Virus record (IMG/VR): IMGVR_UViG_3300028394_000045
Coordinates: 87,645 to 151,644 of that record
Length of the DNA stretch: 64,000 bases
Strand: one strand, 5' to 3'
From: a virus
Notes under the pieces: model-generated
What the model was told of the DNA's origin: nothing
The model's database searches: none
What the model saw: only the letters and a program-made list of their open reading frames with translations
Part shown: piece after piece, positions 58,436 to 64,000 of the stretch
How the letters are laid out: each line of letters begins with the position of its first letter
Numbering within the stretch: position 1 is the stretch's first letter
Translations under genes and position numbers: made by a program

Positions 58436-59524
58436 TTAAAATTTCATCTTGTGCCTGGATTTGAATTGTCGCAATGCATAAAAGTTACTAGGATTCCACA
58501 ACAGGAATCTACCTGGGTCTGACCGAGCCACTAACATGAGACCTTCAATATAGTTTTTGTGAGCGGTGCTACCATTTAAAGTTTCCCACCAGTCGTTGTT
58601 TCTACCAAAATATAATAAATTCTCTCCTTCAGAGGGTATTGTAATTCTACTACCAAAATTGCCCCGATGCTGTAACGTGCTTTGGTTTATGTCACCAAAT
58701 CTTCCGCATCCTTTGATGCTGTAATCCAGCCAATCGAAATCCCAGGGGTTATGCATGTCGTTGAATTCTGTGAGATCATTGGGACAAGTGGCGTGTGGCT
58801 TGAGTGATTTGATATAGTTCAGCAGCATGTAGCTTTGTTTTACATGCAATTCGGGAAGATCGGGACTGATGTAAAAACAGTCTAGGGTGGGATTTGCCAT
58901 CACTCTGGGATAATTTTCATCATCCTGTGTGCTATAAACCTGATTGTCCTGGAACAAGATCCTGGGCTTTTCCAACCCAATGATAGAGATATAATCGTCG
59001 GTGCCAAGAATCTCACGGAGATATTTTTCCGAGATATAATCGCCACTGCCAATCGCACCCCAATGGTATCTTGAGCCTTTTTCAAAAATCCAGTAAGGAC
59101 TGGAATACATGTCTCTGTACATATCAGCAGAGTCAGTTCGTGTGACAATCCTGGTAAGTGGATCATAGATACCGCGATTCAAGAATTCATACACCTCTTG
59201 AAATCTTTCGTTTTCTCGTTTTCCAGGATGCAGCCTAATGTTCAGGATGTCTAAGTGTATTTTGTTGCGTTCAAATACCTTATACACGGTATAGCTGTCT
59301 GTGCCGCCGGAGAAGTTCAACACTATGGGTTTGTTTTTTGCCGCGATCTGATGTGCTCGCATGTCTAGCAGTTGATCCCACGAAGCCTCCGGTTCCTGGC
59401 TCCAATTACATTGATCAAATGCCGAATCGTATAGGTTGAAATGAAGTTCTAGTCCTTGCTCAACTGCATGCTGAGTCGCCAAAAACTTGTTGGTAAATGT
59501 CTGATTGCCTACCTGGTAAAACAT
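58436..59524 (-). CDS. PP-loop (adenine nucleotide alpha-hydrolase-like) protein
   Basis: IVLNFSGGTDS, GLEKP; likely start MFYQVG (59524). Confidence 0.7.
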   Translation of the reverse strand: MFYQVGNQTFTNKFLATQHAVEQGLELHFNLYDSAFDQCNWSQEPEASWDQLLDMRAHQIAAKNKPIVLNFSGGTDSYTVYKVFERNKIHLDILNIRLHPGKRENERFQEVYEFLNRGIYDPLTRIVTRTDSADMYRDMYSSPYWIFEKGSRYHWGAIGSGDYISEKYLREILGTDDYISIIGLEKPRILFQDNQVYSTQDDENYPRVMANPTLDCFYISPDLPELHVKQSYMLLNYIKSLKPHATCPNDLTEFNDMHNPWDFDWLDYSIKGCGRFGDINQSTLQHRGNFGSRITIPSEGENLLYFGRNNDWWETLNGSTAHKNYIEGLMLVARSDPGRFLLWNPSNFYALRQFKSRHKMKF

Positions 59525-60087
59525 GTCATGAATCGATCTTTGTGAACTTGGTCCAGACCTATCTGTATAGTTATGCGACCTTGTTTTATATTCTCCACGC
59601 TGTGGGTGGTCTTGGCGTCGATGAGATACCAAGTCTCTAATGGTATCACCACTTGATCCAACAAATCTAAATCATCGTAGTCGCTGTGATTTTTAACAGA
59701 CACACCGGGCTTTTCTTTCCAGTAACTTGTGGTAGCATTGTCACTGCCTGCTTGCAGTAGATACAGCAATGCGTAGTCTCTGCTTTGGTCTCGATGCGGT
59801 CCGGAATGATCCATTCCGGCTTCACTCACGCACAACCCCACACGGATAAATTCAGAGATGATGTTTGATCTGACCCATTGATCAAATTCGTCACTTATTT
59901 CTCTAAGCCCAAGCCCGGTACTGGTGCCAACAAACTCGCCATCCTTGAAAAGACTGCGTCCATGACTATTGCCTAACACATGCCGATTAAAAATAACACT
60001 TTCCTGATTGACTCTTGCCCAGGCCTGTGCTTTGAGATCGTCTGGGATCGATGGTAAATCTAATTTCTGATACAGCATCAGATCCAT
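59509..60087 (-). CDS. 2OG-Fe(II)/cupin-like oxygenase
   Basis: GPHRD..RDYALLY...THSVENI..GRITIQ (HxD...H...R). Confidence 0.6.
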   Translation of the reverse strand: MDLMLYQKLDLPSIPDDLKAQAWARVNQESVIFNRHVLGNSHGRSLFKDGEFVGTSTGLGLREISDEFDQWVRSNIISEFIRVGLCVSEAGMDHSGPHRDQSRDYALLYLLQAGSDNATTSYWKEKPGVSVKNHSDYDDLDLLDQVVIPLETWYLIDAKTTHSVENIKQGRITIQIGLDQVHKDRFMTCFTR

Positions 60088-60644
60088 CCAGCAGGTAACA
60101 AATCTTTGTTAAATCCAATTGTAAACTGCACTCGCGGAGTCTCAATGCCTTCTACGCTGTGCAGTATGGTGGCATCATGCAAGTACCAAACATCTGTGGG
60201 ACCTGGTGGTAGATCAAACACAGGATCACAATCATCATAATTCAAGTGCTGTATCCCAAGGTCTCTTACTTCGGGTTGTCCTTGCTCTTGCCAATATACC
60301 ACGCGGCAGTTTGGTCCCCCGGTGGTGATGTTATATGTTAGCGCATACTCTCTGGTGGTGTCTGTGTGGATGCCACTGGTATCGCTGTTGCAATATCTAT
60401 AGTTAACTCCGCAGTCTGTGAATCGTTCAGAGATATTGTCTCGAACCCATTGATTGAATTCTTCGCTCATGGGCACACGTACACCTTTGCTGGCCAGGAA
60501 AGGTTGGCCATCTCTCACACTATGTCTGATACGTACTTCATGCAACGGAGTCTCTGTGGGAAAATCTGCGTAGTCCCTGTGTGCCTCGTCAAAGAACTTT
60601 TGCGGAGGGCGAGGTAGGTCAGGGAATAGCTTGTAATATTTCAT
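60078..60644 (-). CDS. 2OG-Fe(II)/cupin-like oxygenase (paralog of the adjacent gene)
   Basis: GIHTD..REYALTY...LHSVEGI..PRVQF; start MKYYKLF (60644, ATGA overlap). Confidence 0.6.
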   Translation of the reverse strand: MKYYKLFPDLPRPPQKFFDEAHRDYADFPTETPLHEVRIRHSVRDGQPFLASKGVRVPMSEEFNQWVRDNISERFTDCGVNYRYCNSDTSGIHTDTTREYALTYNITTGGPNCRVVYWQEQGQPEVRDLGIQHLNYDDCDPVFDLPPGPTDVWYLHDATILHSVEGIETPRVQFTIGFNKDLLPAGWI

Positions 60645-61585
60645 GGTGATTTCTTTATTTGTGATGCAATCGGCATGAAAGTCTTGCGTAAAAATTCTGC
60701 ATATTTTTTCACTCCTGCTGGATCTAGTTTGTTGTTGTCCACTGTGATAAATTGACTTTCTGCCCATTGACGATATTCGTCGCTGCGTATGGCACGATTG
60801 AATTCACGTTGATACCAATCTACTATGTCTGGAGCAGTGTTTGGAGGCAATGTGAAATACCATCCTGACTGTATCTTGATAATATTTATCACAGGCACTG
60901 CGGGCATAGAGGGCAGAGATCGATCACCAGTGATGGCTATGATTTTTACCTTGCCGGCTTCGGCTAATTTTGCTGAACCGGCTATGGGCAGTAGCCCAAA
61001 TTCTGTTTGGCCACTGGCCACTGCTAGCGCAATCTCGGGGGTGTTTTTGTACGGTATGTTTTCGATCATGTTCCGCCCGCCGTTTAGATACATGAAATAT
61101 TCAAAGATAAAACTAGTTGCACCACTACCTGTAGCTATGTTTACAAATCTCGTGGGCTTTTTTAATAGTTGTAGAAACTCTGCTGGGGTATTCACAGGGC
61201 TATTGGGGGTGGCTATCAGGGCCATTGGGCTTTCACCCAACACAGCTACTGGAGTAAACGTGTCCCAGTTATATCGTTTTATGTCGTCTTGGAATACATC
61301 GTTGCCTACAAACACACTGAATATGCTGGGTACTGCTACACTGTGACCATCAGGATCAGCAGACACAAATGAATTCATTGCGATAACACCGTCCTGCCCT
61401 GGCTGCCCGCGTATCACAAACACGGTGCCCGGATTGTTTCGACTCACTATGTCTGATGCTTTTCTAAAGGTCAGTTCATTGTTGGAACCAGCAGCATAGC
61501 CGGTGATCACGTTTATTGTTTTGGTTGGTTGCCAAGCCCATGCGGAGGTGCAAAGCAAAAGGAGTAGGGTAAAGAGTTTTTTCAT
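60641..61585 (-). CDS. TctC/Bug-family tripartite tricarboxylate transporter substrate-binding protein
   Basis: Signal peptide, WQPTKTINVITGYAAGS, PGQDGVIA, DPDGHS, IPYK, GKVKIIAITG, LPPNTAPDIV. Confidence 0.85.
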   Translation of the reverse strand: MKKLFTLLLLLCTSAWAWQPTKTINVITGYAAGSNNELTFRKASDIVSRNNPGTVFVIRGQPGQDGVIAMNSFVSADPDGHSVAVPSIFSVFVGNDVFQDDIKRYNWDTFTPVAVLGESPMALIATPNSPVNTPAEFLQLLKKPTRFVNIATGSGATSFIFEYFMYLNGGRNMIENIPYKNTPEIALAVASGQTEFGLLPIAGSAKLAEAGKVKIIAITGDRSLPSMPAVPVINIIKIQSGWYFTLPPNTAPDIVDWYQREFNRAIRSDEYRQWAESQFITVDNNKLDPAGVKKYAEFLRKTFMPIASQIKKSP

Positions 61586-61590
61586 AAAAA

Positions 61591-61596
61591 TATTTA
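61591..61596 (-). promoter_or_regulatory. TAAATA late-promoter-like motif
   Basis: ATAAATA 5 nt upstream of the TctC-like ATG. Confidence 0.5.
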
Positions 61597-61605
61597 TGAA
61601 CTTAA

Positions 61606-61679
61606 TGGTGCTCCTAACAAGAATCGAACTTGTATCTCATCCTTACCAAGGATGTGTTCTGCCATTTAACTATAGGAGC
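61606..61679 (-). tRNA. tRNA-Thr(GGT)
   Basis: Acceptor GCTCCTA/TAGGAGC, CATCC-TTGGTAA-GGATG, TTCGATT, CCA. Confidence 0.92.
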
Positions 61680-61681
61680 AA

Positions 61682-61890
61682 ATAGAAAAACCCTGCCGTG
61701 TCCGGTAACATTAAAAGAGGTCACCGGCCAGAGGGCAGAGCCGTGTTGTTGGTGGGATTCGTTTTGAGGCCCGTCCCGGCGAGTAGATCACTACTTCCTG
61801 TTACATTGCATTTATGTACTGTTACCTGCCCTAAGGGTTAGCTAGCTACCTTAGCGACTCATACTGGATAATGTAACTTATCCGCTGTTC
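61682..61890 (-). ncRNA. Putative structured ncRNA between tRNA-Gly and tRNA-Thr
   Basis: No ORF in the track. Hairpins GGATAA/TTATCC, CTAAGG/CCTTAG, AGTAG/CTACT, CCGGTGAC/GTTACCGG; loop GTTACA complementary to downstream TGTAAC; ends in a stem plus U-tract. Confidence 0.55.
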
Positions 61891-61891
61891 T

Positions 61892-61966
61892 TGGAGCGGG
61901 CAGCGGGAATCGAACCCGCAACTTGTCCTTGGCAAGGATATGTGTTACCACTAGCACCATGCCCGC
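61892..61966 (-). tRNA. tRNA-Gly(GCC)
   Basis: Acceptor GCGGGCA/TGCCCGC, TT-GCC-AA loop, GCGGG-TTCGATT-CCCGC, CCA; TAAATA at 61974-61979 upstream. Confidence 0.92.
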
Positions 61967-61983
61967 GTTGAGATATTTAGTGA

Positions 61984-62553
61984 CTACACAAGACCTTCAG
62001 CAGTCAATGTGCTGACCACTTGTTCACTCAGAGTGAATTCTGTACGAACATTGATGTCCAACAATTCGTCTTGCAATCGTTGCTTTTCTTTCTTGGCTCG
62101 GATCACGTGAGCACGGAACTCAGCAATATCCTCGACTGAGAATATAGATGTGTCCACTGTGCTTTCCGAGTAGTACACAGAACGAGCGTCTTCTTTGCGA
62201 TTGCGGATCTTGTTCATCTTGCCAGCTACTACTTCGGCATTTTCACGCACAGCCTTGCTGGCCAATTCGGTGTAGGTCTGGATCTGCTTGTCACAGATGG
62301 CAATGTCGGCCAGTTTGATGTTCACACCCACAGAGTGATTTGCTTGGCTCACAGCCTTGCGTATTTCGTACAGGCTTTCTGTCAGTGCGGTGTGGCGTTG
62401 ATTATCTGCCAGGAACTTGACCTTCAGGTCAGAGATCTTGAGCTCTGCATCTTGGAATTCATTGATACTGGCATCTGTGGTAAACTTGATACCTTTCAAT
62501 GCGTCTTGGATGGCCAACTGCAATATGTTGGATTTTCGTAGATTGATTTTCAT
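61984..62553 (-). CDS. All-helical coiled-coil protein, possibly DIP1984/DUF6847-like
   Basis: Heptad-rich 189 aa. LYEIRKAVSQAN and KQRLQDELLDINVRTEF recall the 'L..I..N' and 'L...I...N...E' pattern of that family (from memory, unverified). Confidence 0.5.
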   Translation of the reverse strand: MKINLRKSNILQLAIQDALKGIKFTTDASINEFQDAELKISDLKVKFLADNQRHTALTESLYEIRKAVSQANHSVGVNIKLADIAICDKQIQTYTELASKAVRENAEVVAGKMNKIRNRKEDARSVYYSESTVDTSIFSVEDIAEFRAHVIRAKKEKQRLQDELLDINVRTEFTLSEQVVSTLTAEGLV

Positions 62554-62574
62554 AATTTCTTTCGTTAAACAATA

Positions 62575-62828
62575 AAGGTGGCAAGACCCGAGTCAAGTCA
62601 CAGACTATTCAATGTACAACATTCAACTTGCAATATGCAAAGCACAGAGGCCTACACATGTCCGGATATCAAAGTGCAAATGTCTATATAATTCCGGGTC
62701 ACGCAAGCACGGTCCGGTTTTACCCGGGGCCAATTTGGAAGTTCAGCGTACGAGGCTGAGCTGGCATGAAGCCAACTTTTTGTCTGTTCTAATCTACTCT
62801 GATCTTGCCGGCCGGTTTGCACCGACAA
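62575..62828 (-). ncRNA. Putative structured ncRNA / long 5' leader with heptamer repeat array
   Basis: 13/14-bp closing stem (62796-62809 with 62580-62593), several internal hairpins, and tandem TTGNNNN units. Confidence 0.65.
62590..62686 (-). repeat. 7-nt period (T/C)TG array
   Basis: - strand: TAGACAT TTGCACT TTGATAT ... CTGTGCT TTGCATA TTGCAAG TTGAATG TTGTACA TTGAATA gt CTGTGAC TTGACTC. Confidence 0.75.
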
Positions 62829-62834
62829 AAACAA

Positions 62835-62863
62835 ATTTTACACGAAACACTGACTCAAGTCAA
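62835..62863 (-). promoter_or_regulatory. Sigma70 promoter within an inverted repeat
   Basis: TTGACT-N17-(TG)TAAAAT; the CGAAACACT.TGACT/AGTCA.GTGTTTCG palindrome spans the -35 and spacer. Confidence 0.7.
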
Positions 62864-62875
62864 GTGTTTCGGTAA

Positions 62876-63346
62876 TCATGCGGCCCTTAGGCCTTTAAGG
62901 CGGTCCGCAGCATATGAAGCAGCAAACGCCTGTGGTTTCACAAACGGTATCACGTTGCAAGTGCCTTTGATGTAACCAATGGCCTGAGAAATCACACAGC
63001 TGGAACCGTGCATTTCGTCGGGGTTGATGTCAAGATGCACTTCAACATCACGCCCTTCTAGCACATCGGCCAGCTTGAGGTAAAGTTCAGACACCTTGTA
63101 CACTTCAGTCATAAGACGCATGGATGGTTTGCCAGGCTTGTGGTCAAACACACGTTCGCGATGTACTTCGCCGAATAGCTTGCATCCGTTGTTGCCATTG
63201 ATGTGAACCACGATGGCCAGCACATAGTCTGCCCACCATTCTCCATCCAGCTTGATTCTTTCGGAATCGCAACCGATGTAGATACGTGTTTCAGGAGTTT
63301 GTGCCCGGATAAATTCTGCCACTTGGGTCAAATCTAGTTTTTTCAT
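62876..63346 (-). CDS. RNase H-like protein (YkuK/DUF458 family)
   Basis: IYIGCDS, RLMTEV, VEVHLDINP, VKPQAFAASYAADR. Confidence 0.8.
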   Translation of the reverse strand: MKKLDLTQVAEFIRAQTPETRIYIGCDSERIKLDGEWWADYVLAIVVHINGNNGCKLFGEVHRERVFDHKPGKPSMRLMTEVYKVSELYLKLADVLEGRDVEVHLDINPDEMHGSSCVISQAIGYIKGTCNVIPFVKPQAFAASYAADRLKGLRAA

Positions 63347-63361
63347 AAGTCTCTTTCTAAT

Positions 63362-63790
63362 TTAGAAATCCTCGGTGATCTGTACCAAGTCGTCCGGCAC
63401 ACCATCGTTGGTGCCCGAATAACTCACACTGCCACCATAATAACCATTGTGGCTGTTGCGCACTTCAAGGTCTATGTATCCACGGTCAGTACGTATGGTC
63501 CAGAACGCATCTTGGACCACTTCGTATCCATCTTCGTCGCTGCGATCGTCGCCCCAGCCCTTGGATTCCACTGCTAGCACTTCTGCACCGCGTAACAAGT
63601 CAAAGCTATTGCCTTCGCCTAGTATATTTACGCCGCTCACATGGTTGAACCATACAGAATTGCAGCAGTCATTCTCAGTGTCGAAACGATAACGTCGCCC
63701 AGAGATGTCACGAAACACCAGGGTCCACTTGTCGTTGCCTATAAACAAGCCGTTGATGCGCTTGCCTACCAATACGTTAAATTCACTCAT
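63362..63790 (-). CDS. Hypothetical phage protein (DCC...RNSHNGYYGG motif)
   Basis: AAGGA SD; 142 aa. Confidence 0.75.
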   Translation of the reverse strand: MSEFNVLVGKRINGLFIGNDKWTLVFRDISGRRYRFDTENDCCNSVWFNHVSGVNILGEGNSFDLLRGAEVLAVESKGWGDDRSDEDGYEVVQDAFWTIRTDRGYIDLEVRNSHNGYYGGSVSYSGTNDGVPDDLVQITEDF

Positions 63791-63814
63791 GACTTGTCCT
63801 TTCTTTAGTTTATT

Positions 63815-63890
<76 letters not shown>

Positions 63891-63894
63891 AAAT

Positions 63895-63969
63895 TGGTGG
63901 ATGAGACAGGGTTCGAACCTGTGACCTTCAGCGTGTCGAGCTGATGCACTACCGCTGTGCTACACATCC
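63895..63969 (-). tRNA. tRNA-Val(GAC)
   Basis: TCAGC-TCGACAC-GCTGA, ACAGG-TTCGAAC-CCTGT, CCA. Confidence 0.9.
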
Positions 63970-63973
63970 TTGT

Positions 63974-64000
63974 TGGTACCAGCGTAGGGACTCGAACCCT
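63974..64000 (-). tRNA. 3' end of a further tRNA, truncated by the window edge (identity unknown)
   Basis: - strand AGGG-TTCGAGT-CCCT...ACCA: T-arm plus CCA. Confidence 0.75.

Noticed and set aside
61682-61890. Group I intron, hammerhead or HDV/theta ribozyme assignment
   Set aside because: I could not find the group I R/S elements, the CUGAUGA/GAAA core or an HDV nested-pseudoknot order; kept only as an unassigned structured RNA.
62590-62686. Possible CRISPR or iteron array
   Set aside because: Units are only 7 nt with 3 conserved bases; no 25-40-nt repeats with spacers and no cas genes in the window.
62612-62875. Short ORFs on both strands (62612..62875 +, 62652..62834 -)
   Set aside because: No SD or protein-like features. 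A 7-nt period is incompatible with codon structure, and the stems are better explained as RNA.

Overview
This 64 kb window looks like part of a large (probably jumbo) tailed dsDNA phage genome using the standard genetic code. It has four blocks. (1) 1-22.2 kb, + strand: virion module with a T4 gp6-like baseplate wedge, a 5046-aa multidomain structural protein and tail-fibre-like genes, with TAAATA late-promoter motifs. (2) 22.2-47.5 kb: a ~25 kb sugar/small-molecule tailoring cluster. It holds five radical SAM enzymes with N-terminal Cys-rich domains, five paralogous 'ET...EK..KP' GT10-like proteins, four GT-A-like proteins, a 2OG-Fe(II)-like oxygenase, carbamoyltransferase, amidinotransferase, DegT aminotransferase, PIG-L deacetylase and two NAD-dependent epimerases. 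(3) 47.5-58.3 kb, - strand: early/middle genes behind near-consensus sigma70 promoters (thyX, MoxR ATPase and vWA-metallopeptidase, PNK-like kinase, phosphoesterase, RNAP omega-like protein, a sixth radical SAM). (4) 58.3-64 kb: a tRNA array interrupted by a TctC + 2 oxygenase + PP-loop cassette and two unannotated structured non-coding regions. One of those non-coding regions carries a 7-nt-period UUG array directly upstream of a helical coiled-coil gene, a candidate RNA-protein system. All product calls come from motif recognition by eye; no searches were run.
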